This document shows positions 10,972 through 22,752 of a stretch of DNA of 55,488 nt, piece by piece. The stretch's first letter is position 1. Every line of letters starts with the position of its first letter. The notes under the pieces were generated by a model. The model was not told the origin of the DNA and searched no databases. It was given only the letters and a program-made list of their open reading frames with translations. Position numbers and translations under genes: made by a program. Origin of the DNA: Leucoraja ocellata (Eukaryota); the NCBI GenBank assembly GCA_036785375.1, contig JAWMAR010004271.1:1-55488 (forward strand), given 5' to 3'.

Positions 10972-11623
10972 TCCTATTCAATGTGTGCAAGACACGCTTT
11001 GATACAAGTCAAGGTGGTTCACATAGCTCATATGTCAAAAGATAAGTTATCTCGTTTTTATGGTCATATGAATCCTACCTGTGACAGATGTAAATCTGAA
11101 GTGGCCTCACTGACCCATATGTTTTGGTCTTGCCCTTCTTTGGAAAAATATTGGAAATAATTTTTTGTTACTATTTCTGTAGTCTTAGGCATAGGTTTAC
11201 AAACTGGAATTACTGCAATTTTTGGGCTGCCAATGTTAGATCCTAATCATTTGTCCCGCTCCGCCCATGGGTTGATTGCTTTTACCACATGAATCGCCAG
11301 AAGATCTATTTTATTCAAATGGAAAGACTCCCAACCCTCCGACCACACTCCAGTGGTATTCGGAAACGATATAATGTTTAAATTTTGAAAAAATCAGCAG
11401 TGACACTGTTGAACCCTTGGTTAAATTTGATAAGACTTGGGTAAAATGTATTGAAAATTTTCATACAACATAAATTGCTCCCTCTTTAACCGTTATAAAA
11501 AATATTTTATCTCTATTGGGTGGAACAGACATGACGACAAACAGACTTACATTGTTGAAATTCTCAGTTCAGATTCGGGTTTGCTTTGCTTTGTTTTTTT
11601 AAACTATTTTATTTTTATGCGTA

Positions 11624-11716
<93 letters not shown>

Positions 11717-12029
11717 CAATTTTTCTCTTTTTTTTCTTTCTTTATTTTAGGGGGGGCTTTTTTTGTCTATTTCTTTTTGTGCTTTTTTTACATTTATAAG
11801 TTTCCTTTTAAAGATTTAACTATATTAACATAGAGACCTGGAGGTCTATATGCATTGTGTATTTTGACATTGGTCTCATATCAGGTTATATCTGTTATTA
11901 ATGTAATCCTGATACCTATGTATCAATACCATTGTTATGTTTATCATTATTCTTTTTGTTCTGTTTTTTATGTTTTATTTTTGCTTTTTTTGGAAAAAAA
12001 ACAATAAAAAGATTTGTTTTTAAATAGAA
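10972..12029 (+). mobile_element. 5'-truncated L1/Tx1-clade LINE with target-site duplication (paralogue 50124-51181)
   Basis: CDRCKSEVASLTHMFWSC zinc knuckle from frame at 10981; T-rich 3' UTR, AATAAA 12003; TSD AGGAAT(C/A)TGAGGGGT 10957-10971 / 12030-12044. Confidence 0.8.
11626..11716. repeat. (TTA)n microsatellite, about 30 units (paralogue about 50777-50866)
   Basis: Direct reading. Confidence 0.97.
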
Positions 12030-13709
12030 AGGAATATGAGGGGTAACGTTTTCCCACAGAGGGTGGTGGGAGTATGGAACAAGCAGCCAGAGGAGATAGT
12101 TGTGCCAGGGACTATCACAACGTTTAAAAACCAGTTAGACAGGTAAATGGATATGACGGATTTGGAGGGATATGGACCCAATACGGGCAGGTGGGACGAG
12201 TGTAGATGGGTCGGTGGTCGATGTGTGAAAGTTGGGCCGAAGGGCCTGTTTCCACACTCTATGACTGACTCTCATTGACTCTATGGGGCATCATGTAGCA
12301 TCTGCGGATCGGCATTTGCGGTGGTAATAATGAACAGCCACGAGCCAGTGCAATCTTTCGCGTGTTCACGTTGCAAAGTTTCTCCCTTGTCAGTTTTGCC
12401 CGTGCCCGTGCTGGAGTGCCCGTGTTCCATTCAACTTTAATTGAATATGGATGTGCTGTATATAGATTTCCTGTCGCCCTGTCGTACTTCAAAGCCGAAA
12501 GAACTCTGGAAGTAGGCGGTGAGAGCCAATATGACCCCTTTTACTTCACTCATTCATTAAGACACCCCTTTTACTTCACTGATCAACAGTCCCCGCACAT
12601 TAACATTATCCTACACACTTTAGGGACAATATATAATTTTACCAAGCCAATGAACCTACTGTCTTTGTAGTGTGGGAGGAAACCGGAGCTACTTGGGAAA
12701 TCCCAGGCAGGTCATGGGGAAAACGTAGTGGTGAAAGGATGAACGGTTAAGTTAATGGATCGCTGACCAGTCATGTTCACCGATAAACTAATCTAGTTTC
12801 ATGACAATTTAAGGACAATTATTAATTGTAATTATTTTTCTCACCCGCTATTTCCCGAAAACCGCTCTTCGCGTTTCTCCCTTGTCAGTTTTGCCAGATA
12901 GCTGGAGTGCCCGTGTTCTATACAACTTTAATTGAATATGGATGTGCTGTGTGTAGAATTCCTGTCGTCCTGTCGAACTACAAAGTCGAAAGAACTCTGG
13001 AAGTGGTCGGTGAGAGCCAATATCACCCCTTTTACTTCACTCATATGTGCATTAATTTGGTAAGGCGACCTTTACACTTTGAGTCGTGAATTACTGCGCA
13101 TTACAACAGGATAGTATCACATACCACTTTTACAAGCACGACTCACGTCGGGTAGTCAAAATAGCCCCCAAAAACGGCTACTTTACTGACATTTGTAGTG
13201 ATGTTCTGTCCCCTCAGGTCTTTTCTAAATGATCTGATACACAAGTAGAGGGGCAGCCTGTGGGGTTTATCATTTCTAAAATGACAAAGATATCTAAATA
13301 TAGATTTAATGTGCTTTTTAATAAAACAATGCTGATGCTGTGACTGTGATCATGTTATGTTCAGCGATACGGAGGTAGACAAAAATGCTGGAGAAACTCA
13401 GCGGGTGAGGGAGCGAAGGAAATCAGCGATACGCATTCAGTTGGTCCGTTTAGATAAAATATTTCTATTCCGTTTTCATTGTTGATTAAACAGTTACCGA
13501 ATATAATATTTAAAACTCGCAATCTGTTTAGTGTATATCTGCGGAGTGTTCATACCGAACATTATAGACTGTTTGTTTATAAAGAAGGGACAACTGTGAC
13601 AATCCTTTTCATTCTGCTGGATGTATGAAGCTTTTTAGAAATACAAGTCTCTAAAATAAGACCTGCGTGTTTCACAGGGGCGAATATTTTGAGGAAGAAT
13701 CTGGCAATT

Positions 13710-13791
13710 CTGATTGGCTTCGAGGAGCATACCGGTTTGATTGGTTTGGATAATTAAACACACGGTGACATATCGTCATTCCATTTATAAA
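13710..13791 (+). promoter_or_regulatory. Cluster 2 promoter (CCAAT x2, half-CRE, TATA)
   Basis: Paralogous to 2894-2975. Confidence 0.6.
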
Positions 13792-13861
13792 GAGAGCCAG
13801 AGAGCAAGATTACACGCCACTTGTCCTGGAAACTGCCGCCCCATCGGAGCTCAGTCGGTTA

Positions 13862-13916
13862 ATGAACATGTCTTATTGGATCCGTGTGGTCGGTGCGTTG
13901 GTGTTTTGCGCAGTTT
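13862..13916 (+). CDS. IGL: Ig light chain cluster 2, leader exon
   Basis: Identical peptide to cluster 1 leader; GTGAGT donor at 13917. Confidence 0.9.
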
Positions 13917-14037
13917 GTGAGTATTTTACTTCCCTGGACATTATACTTATTTCTGTTCACCATTAATTTGGGATTATCTCCCACACTTAAACAAACTTAA
14001 TATTTTCTCTTTTTTCCTGATATTTCTCCTTTCTCAG

Positions 14038-14379
14038 ACATAAGCGCGGCTGTTACAGTAACTCAGCCGCCGTCGATGTCCACCTCTACGGGACAGAACA
14101 TACAAATACCCTGCACCATATCGGGTTCCAGTACAGGCACTTACTATGTCTCATGGTACCAACAAATTCCTGGCAAAACTCCCAAGTATCTATTCTACTA
14201 TTATACCGGCACCATTTATAAAGGCACGGACATTCCAGACCGTTATTCCATCTCGGTGTCAGGCAGCTCTGTAACATTCGCAATATCTAGCGTTCAATCG
14301 GTGGATGCTGCTGACTATTACTGTGCCAAATGGGATAGTGGGTTACATTTCGGTAAAGGAACGAGGCTGGGTATTGGCG
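14038..14379 (+). CDS. IGL: Ig light chain cluster 2, germline-joined V-J exon
   Basis: Open V-J frame, CDR1 SSTGTYY, CDR2 region YYYTGTI, CDR3 AKWDSGLH, intact splice sites. Confidence 0.95.
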
Positions 14380-15239
14380 GTAAGTAAAATATATTCATCG
14401 GACAGCGCGCTGTTTTCTTTTTATTTTAATGCAGATATTGCTTGATTTAATGTCCTGAGTTCACAGGATACGTGATTGGGCCAGTTGTATTTCAGTGCAG
14501 ATGGTGCGATCTTGTTGTACAGATGTTCCGAGTTCACTTGGACATAACTCAGTGAAATGACTGGGAAAGCGAGCTAATGCTTTGTCTTGAGCTTCGTTCA
14601 ATAAATTGTGGATTCTGCAGTGATTGTGCAGATATGAAAGGAAATTGCTTGGGTAACGGGGTTCACCAACGTCAATATTCAACACTGTCAAAAATCCGGT
14701 TGACGGGTTTAACAAGGATATCAAAATGCCAAATGCGAAAGGAGAAAGTTTCGCACATTTCCTTCAGAAATTGTGTTTAATACGTAGGGCAGCTTTTCGT
14801 GGACGCAGCCGTGTATTTCAAATTTAAATGAACATTCGAACTATAATGTTATTCTTGCTTGTGAACTATATCTGCGAATCGGTGACCGTGGCCTTCGAAG
14901 ACTAGTTTCCTTTTTTTTTGCCGAGTGTAGTAAAATGAACATTATAAAAGTTAAAGTAATGTATTCAGTTTTATAAAATACTGCAGCCATGATCTATCAC
15001 AGATGGTTTCCCGGTGTTTATACAGAGGGTAGACAGGATCTATTTTAGTTGCTTTCACGCACTTTATTTATTGTTCACCCAATTAAAATAAACACACTGT
15101 AATGGTTTGAAAAAGGTCGAGAATAAAACGACATTTCTATAAATGAATAAATGAGTGCTTTAATGAGATGTATTTTCGGTAAATAATGATATCTCAACGA
15201 CAGCATTTCTCCAATTAAATGTGACTTCTTATTAAACAG

Positions 15240-15562
15240 ATCCTCGGGCACCGATCGTGACGGTCCTGCCGCCTTCAGCCGATGAAGTTACCTCAAAGGG
15301 CACAGCCACCCTGGTGTGTTTGGTGAACGGCTTTAATCCGGGCTCAGTGGCCGTTGAGTGGACAGTCGACGGCAGTGCAAGAAATAGCGACGTTGAGACC
15401 AGCCCGATCCAGCAGGATAAGGACAACACGTTCAGTCTCAGCAGTTACCTGACTCTGACAGCCTCAGACTGGAACTTACACGACCTTTACTCCTGTGTGG
15501 TTAAACACCCGGCTCAGGCAAACCCACTTAAGACAAATATCGAGAGATCCAGCTGTATCTGA
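15240..15562 (+). CDS. IGL: Ig light chain cluster 2, constant exon
   Basis: Open C1-set frame ending IERSSCI*. Confidence 0.95.
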
Positions 15563-18500
15563 TGTTGGAAACGTGAGGCTGACCTGACTAAGTTAGTTTA
15601 TCATTATTGGGTTCGTCCATGTGACAAAGTTAGTAATGTATTGGACTTCAGTGGTTTCGTTCAGAAATGCCATTTGTAGTTGAAACTTCGATTTTTATGA
15701 CTTGTTCACTTTAAATGTAGTTGTTTCGAAAGAATGTCGTTCTTGAATGAAGCATCAAATAGATTCAATTGCGTTATCCAACAGCATGGATGTTGTTATT
15801 GTACCCATGGTATCTTTGTAGCCGTTGAATAAAGTTTAAAAAACGCATTTCAAATGCATTGTTGATTCCCTTTGGTTTATTTCTGACCCGATCCATGATG
15901 GCTTAACACGGGTTGCGTTGCCTCGTAGATTTGAGCTAGCAACACTGATTTTGATTCTCTATTTCGATCACTAATTACAATCGTACAACAGTCGTGGGCG
16001 ACTCGTCCATTTATACCATGCGTTCTACAGCGTTTTGTCAGTTCTTGTGCAACATGATTCAGCCAAAGAACCGTACAAAACCAAGCAGGGCAAATGTGGT
16101 CTTAAACCCCAAATTATCACATAAATAAACAGAAAATACTGTTCATACTCAGTAAGTCGGGCGGTATGTTGGAAGTGAGAAATAGATTAGACGTTTCAGG
16201 CTGTTTAAAAAAATAATTCAAAAACGTCCCTACCAGCCTCGTGCGTTCAGGGTTTGTTAAATATGTCTTTGTTCACAAGGTGTACCGCTACATAATTAAA
16301 TAAAATACGTGTGCATACGTGGAAATCTGGAAATTTGGAAACGCCATTAATTCCCAACATATCAGCAGGTTTCTGTAAACTGTTGGGTTGTTCGCACCTG
16401 CACTTTACACCCCTCGCACTAAGCATGGCACCTCCATCCTTCATCACAGAAGGCCGTTCACAATAATCGGTGACGGGGTTTGTATTTAAATATTTACAAT
16501 CATTAAACTTTATTTCTTCTTTAGTTCTTCTGATTGTCAGCTTTAAAGAAACGGAGTGATTATTGGCGTTAGCAGAACTGCCACTGAGTTTGTATGTGGC
16601 GTGCACGTGTCTCCCGGTAGTGTTACACTGGAACTGGGCAACAACACTCTCAATAAAGCAGGATAATATCTACAGAAAGATGCGATGAGTGCACGGCATC
16701 TTGCAGAAAGAAAGAGAGAGAGGGGAGGGGGGGGGGGGGGGGGTGGGGAGGGGGGGAGAGAGAATAGGACGGGGGCGGGGTTATTAGCGAACAATGAGGG
16801 AACTATATGCTATAGTTAGAGGACAATCAGTCCCGGACAAACCCCTGACCTCCGTCACAAATCGCTTTTCACTTATTCCAAGCTGTATTCCCAATTATTT
16901 TCACGTTACATGAGCAACCTGGGCTTAAGTCTTAAGGAATGGAAAGGAGCTGCAGATGCTGGTTTAAAGCAAAGATAGACACAAACATCTGGAGTAACTC
17001 AGCGGGGTAAGAAAGAATCTCTGGAGAAAAGGAATCGGTGACGTTTTGGGGCGAGACCCTTCTTCAGACTGTTTGAAGAAAGGTCTCGATCCGAAATGTC
17101 ACTTATTCATTTTCTCCAGAGCTGCTGTCTGACCCGCTAATTTACTCCAGCTTGATAGAAACATAGAAACATAGAAAATAGGTCCAGGAGTAGGCCATTC
17201 TGCCCTTCGGGCTTGCACCGTATTCAATATGATCATGGCTGATCATCCAACTCAGTATCCTGTACCTGCCTTCTCTCCGTACCCTCTGATCCATTTAGCC
17301 ACAAGGGCCACATCTAACTCCCTCTTACATATAGCCAATGAACTGGCGTCAACTACCTTATGTGGCAGAGAGTTCCAGAGATTCCAGAGATGTGTGAAAA
17401 CATGTTTTCCTCATCTCGATCCCAAAAGATTTCCCTCCTTTCCTTAAACTGTGACCCCCTATCCTGGACCTCCCCAACGTCGTTCACCTGATCGTTAGTT
17501 ATTTTGGAAATTCCTCTAAATCTGTAAATACTGAGCCTGCTTTCACTCGGAAAAAAATGGTCAATTCAAACGCCTTGACTATGCCCCTCATTCAAATCAC
17601 CATTATACCTTCCCTGTTCAAAGGAACCAATTCCGATAACTCTCGAGCTGCCATTATCATGCCCATTTTCTTCCCAATTTCTTCTGCGGCTTGTAATTTT
17701 TATGAAGGAGCCAAAAACAAAGGTTTGAGTCTTCCCGGCCTTGTCTTTTCCTTCCGATCCCGTAGTGTCCTGGTTATCCATTGTGAGCTCCACCTTTCCC
17801 TGGTCATCGATATCGGGTCTCATTTGTTCTGAATCTTTTCATAGAAACATAGAAAATAGGTGCAGACGGAGGCCTTTCGGCCCTTCGAGCCAGCACCGCC
17901 ATTCAATGAGATCATGGCTGATCGTCCCCAAACAATAACCCGTGCCTGCCTTCTGCCCATATCCCTTGATTCCACTAGCTTCTAGAGCTCTAACTCTCTC
18001 TTAAATCCATCCAGTGATTTGGCCTCCACTGCCCTCTGTGGCAGGTACTGACCCAAAAGGCCGCATTTTTTCCTGTCTCGTAATGTAATTACAATATTTT
18101 ACCGTTGCCTTTCGAAGATGTCTATGTGTGAGCGCCAGGACCGGCGAGCGAATCATGCACTTACACTCATGCCATGTATAAGTGCCGTCGGCCTCCCTCG
18201 CTCATCATCCGCGTGAATGCTGTTAAACACGATGTCAGTGTCATAACTTCAGATCTATCCACGATGGCCCACAATGTCTGTGCGAACCTAATGCCAATGT
18301 CATCTGCCTGCCATATATAATGTCTATATCCCTCCATTCACTATCTGTTCACGTGTTTGCCTAAATGCCTCTTGAACCTTGCTACTTACACCGCTTCTTC
18401 TAGCAAAGCGTTGCACACTTTCTGTTTAAAAAAGTAATGCAAAGTGTGCCCCCTTCAAACGTCCCCTCGCCTACTTTAATCAACTATATTATATAATACT

Positions 18501-18764
18501 TCGGCCCTGGACAGAAAACTTTACTCCTAAGTAAAGCGACTTATCTTCACTAAGGGTATTAGAGCAATAGATAAGGATGGGAAATCGATGCAGTGTCTGG
18601 CCAACAACACATTAATCCCCAAAATAAATCAATAGACCCCCACGGGAGACGCGGGCCTCCATCTCAAGCCGTTCAGGACTCAGCAGTGCGGATGTTTTTA
18701 AATGGCGCCTTTGAGGCGAGATGCGGGCGACAGCAGCCGTTATGGTCGCTGTTAGTGGAGGTGA

Positions 18765-19813
18765 GAAGGGTTTTATTAAAACTATCTACATAAACACGGC
18801 GAAATTTAATCAGGAGTGGATACTTGGAATGAAAAGTGAAAACTGTACCGAAATGGAAACATTCTGGGCGTTTGTGGGTCTGGTGTTGGCGTAGCAACGA
18901 ATCAAAGGCTGGCAACCACAAGTCAGGCAGAAATACAGCCAGCCAGCAGCCAGCCAGCAGCCAGCCACAGATTTTTACTATTATACTAGACCAAGAGCAG
19001 ACCCGTTGGGTCTGTTTCCCCAACGCGCGTTTGCGGGGGGGGGGGGGGGGGGCTGCAGGGGGGAGAGGGGGTAGGGGCGTGGTGGAAGAGGGACAGGGGT
19101 AGGGGGCGGGGGGAGAGATTGAGGGGGGTGGGGGGAGAGAGGGATGGGGGGTGGGTGCAGGGGGTGAGGGGGTGGGGTGAGGAGAGGGAGATGAAGAGGG
19201 AGGAGGAGAGAGGGGTGGTGAGGAGAGGAGAGAGGGGAGGGGGAGAGAGTTGTGGGGGAGGGAGATGGGGTAGGGGAGGGAGGGGGAAGAGTATGGAGGG
19301 AGGGGGAGAGGGGTGGGGGAGAGAGGGGAAATCGTGGGGAGGGAGAATGGAAGGGGGAGGGGTAGGGACAGTCCATCCCTTCCCCATTCCCTATCACTCC
19401 CAATCCTCTTTGTCTATTCCCACACACGTGATGACGCGCTTCGACACAGGCTGCGGGGGTGGGGGGAGGGGCTGGGGCTGAGGCTGCTGCAAAGGCATAT
19501 GTAAATTATCCATTCCGATTGTACAACTGTGAGCATTGGGCATTGTGAACGTTCAACAACATTCTATGGGTGAGAGCTGTTTTTTTTTTAATTGGGGGGG
19601 GGCGGGGGGAGAAGGATTTTCTTAATAATGTGTACATAAACACGACGAAATTTATGCAGTGGATACTTGGAATGATGAGTGAAATCTCTACCGAAATGGA
19701 AAACATCTGGGCGTTTCAGCGTCTGGTGTTGGCGTAGCAACGAATCAAAGGCTGGCAACCACAAGTCAGGCAGAACACACACAGCCAGCCTGCCACAGAG
19801 TTTTAAATATAGA
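18765..19813 (-). mobile_element. Tandem Helitron-like units; complete unit 18986-19813
   Basis: Minus strand begins TCTATATTTAAAAC and ends hairpin + CTAG|T. Confidence 0.7.
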
Positions 19814-19844
19814 TAGATAGATATAGATATAGAATATAGATATA

Positions 19845-22081
19845 GATGAGCTTGAGGCTCAGTTAGAGGTTAGTAGATATGACATTGTGGGGATTACTGA
19901 GATGTGGCTGCAGGAGGATCGGGTCTGGGAACAATATTCAGGGTTATACATCCTATGGAAAAGAAAGGAGAGGCACGTGGGCAGAGGAGGGGTGGGGTAA
20001 CTCTGCTGCTGAGGGATGGGATTCAGTCCCTTGCGAAGGAAGACATTGGCACTGTGGATTGAGTTGAGGAATTGTAAAGGCCAGAAGACACTAATTGATG
20101 TTATCTACAGACTCCCATACAGTAGCCCGGATGTAAGGTGTAAGTTGCAGCAGGCGTTAAAACTGGCATGTAACAAAGGTAATGCCACTGTGGTGATGGG
20201 GGATTTCAATATGCAGATAAACTGGGGAAATCAGGTTGGTTCAGGATCCCAAGAAAGAGAGTTTCTGCAAACTCTCTCCGAGTGCCTCCGAGATGGATTC
20301 TAAGCGCTCTTGTAATGGAGACGACCAGAAAAACGGCAATTCTGGATTTACTGTTGTATAATGACCAGATTTGATAAGAGAACTCGAGGTAAAAGAACCG
20401 CTTGGAGGTCGTAATCATAATATGATTAGTTTTAATCTGCAATTTGAGAAGGAGAAGGTTAAATTGGAAGTGTCAGTGATGCAGTTGAACAAAGGGGACC
20501 ATGAAGGCATGAGAGAGGAGCTGGCCAAGGTAGACTGGAAAGGAATCCAAACAGGTCTGCATCCCAGGTTCCTCAGGGAGGTGGCTCTAGAAATAGTGGA
20601 CGCACTGGTGATCATTTTCCAATGTTCAATAGATTGAGGATCAGTTCCTGTGGATTGGAGGATAGCTAATGTTATCCCACTTTTCAAGAAAGGAGTGAGG
20701 GTGAAAACGGGAATTACAGACCAGTTAGCGTGACTTCGGTGGTGGGAAAGATGTTGGAGTCAATTATTAAAGATGTAATAATGGAGCAATTGGATAGCAG
20801 TAAAAGGATTAGTCCAACTCAACATGGATGTATGAAAGGGAAATCATGCTTGACTAATCTTCTGATTTTTTTTGAGGATATGACATGTAAAATGGATGTA
20901 GGGGAGCCAGTGGATTTAGTGTATCTAGACTTTCAGAAAGCCTTTGATAAGGTCCCGCACGGGAGACTGGTGACTAAAATTAGAGCACATGGTATTGGTG
21001 ATAGGGTGTTGACATGGATAGAAAATTGGTTGGCAGACAGGAAACAAAGAGTAGGAATGAACGGGTCCTTTTCAGAATGGCAGGCAGTGGCGAGTGGAGT
21101 GCCGCAAGGCTCGGTGTTGGGGCCGCAACTGTTTATCATATATAGTAATGATTTGGAAGCGAGAATTAGGAGCAACACTAGCAAGTTTGTGGATGACAGA
21201 AAGCTGGGTGGAACTGTGAAGAGGATGTTAGGTGGTTGCAGGGTGACCTGGACAGGTTGAGTGAGTGGGCAGATGCGTGGCAGGTGCAGTATAATATAGA
21301 TAAATGTGAGGTTATCCACTTTGGCGGCAACAACAAGGGAGAAGATTATTATCTGAATGGGGTTAGGTTAGGTAAGGGGGAGGTGCAGCGAGACCTGGGC
21401 GTCCTTGTTCACCAGTCACTGAAAGTTGGCGTGCAGGTACAGCAGGCGGTGAAGAAAGCTACTGTTGGCCTTCATAACAAGAGGATTTCAGTATCGGAGT
21501 AAAGAGGTTCTTCTGCAGTGGTATAGGGCTCTGGTAAGACCACATCTGGAGCATTGCGTACAGTTTTGGAAGGACATCCTTGTGATTGAAGCAATGCAGC
21601 GGAGGTTCACGAGATTGATCCCTGGGATGGCGGGACTGTCCTATGAGGAAAGATTGAAAATACTAGACTTGTATTCGCTGGAGTTTAGAAGGATGAGGGG
21701 ATATCTTATGGAAATATATAAAATTATAAAAAGGACTGCACAAGCTAGATGCAGGAAAAATGTTCCCAATGCTGGGCCAGTCCAGAACCAGGGGCCACAG
21801 TCGTGGAGGCCATTTAAGACTGAGGTGAGAAAAAACGTTTTCACCCAGAGAGTTGTGAATTTGTGGAATTCCCTGCCACAGAGGGCAGTGGAGGCCAAAT
21901 CACTGGATGGATTTAAGAGAGAGTTAGATAGAGCTCTAGAGGCTAGTGGAATCAAGGGATATGCGGAGAAGGCAGGCACTGGTTATTAATTGGGGACGAT
22001 CAGCCATGATCGGAAAGAATGGCGGTGCTGGCTCGAAGGGCTGAATGGCTTCCTTCTGCACCTATTTTCTATGTTTCTATG
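19845..22081 (+). mobile_element. Decayed CR1 ORF2 (APE endonuclease + RT) and 3' tail
   Basis: YDIVGITE.W, MGDFN, NYRPVS, YLDFQKAFDKVPH, GVPQGSVLGP, KFVDD; many frameshifts. Confidence 0.92.
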
Positions 22082-22369
22082 AAAAGATTCAGAACAAATG
22101 AGACCCGAAATCGACGATCAGGGAAAGTTGGAGCACACAATGAACAACCAGGACACTGGGGGAACGAGAGAAAATGGCAAGGCCGGGAAGACTCAAATGT
22201 CTGCTGTTGGCTCCTTCAGAAAAATTACAAGCCGCAGAAGAAATTGAAAAGAAATTGGGCATGATCATGGCTGCTCGATTGTAATCGGAATTGGGCCCTT
22301 TGAACAGGGAAGGTATAATGGCGATTTGAATGAGGGACGTTAGTCCGCTCACCCAACCTATATCCAAGT

Positions 22370-22752
22370 CACCCTACAGCCCCATACCACCTTCCTCACA
22401 GCTCACACTGTCACCCAACTTTGTGTCATCCGCAAACTTGGAAATGTTACTTATAATTCCCTAATCAAGATCGTTAATATACATTGTAAATAACTGGGGA
22501 TCCAGCACGGAGCCTTGCGACACCCCACTAGTCACTGCCTGCCATTCTGAAAAGGACCCATTAATTCCTTCTCTTTGCTTCCTGCCAGCCAACCAGTTCC
22601 TTATCCATGTCAATACCCTACTCCCAATACCATGTACTCTAATTTTTCACACTCATCTCTCGTGTGGGACCTTGTCAAAGGATTCTTGAAAGTACAGATA
22701 CAACACATCAACTGGCTCTGCCTTTTCCATTCTACTTGTTACATCCTCAAAA
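22370..22752 (-). mobile_element. CR1 RT fragment, minus strand (paralogues about 33280-33661 and 1-48)
   Basis: Reverse complement encodes YFKNPLTRSH/DKVP-like, SGVSQGSVLDP and KFADDTK motifs. Confidence 0.75.

Noticed and set aside
11581-11799. Poly-Leu/Ile ORF (also 50731-50952)
   Set aside because: Translation of a (TTA)n microsatellite
19845-22081. Active CR1 element
   Set aside because: Multiple stops, frameshifts and internal deletions shared among duplicates
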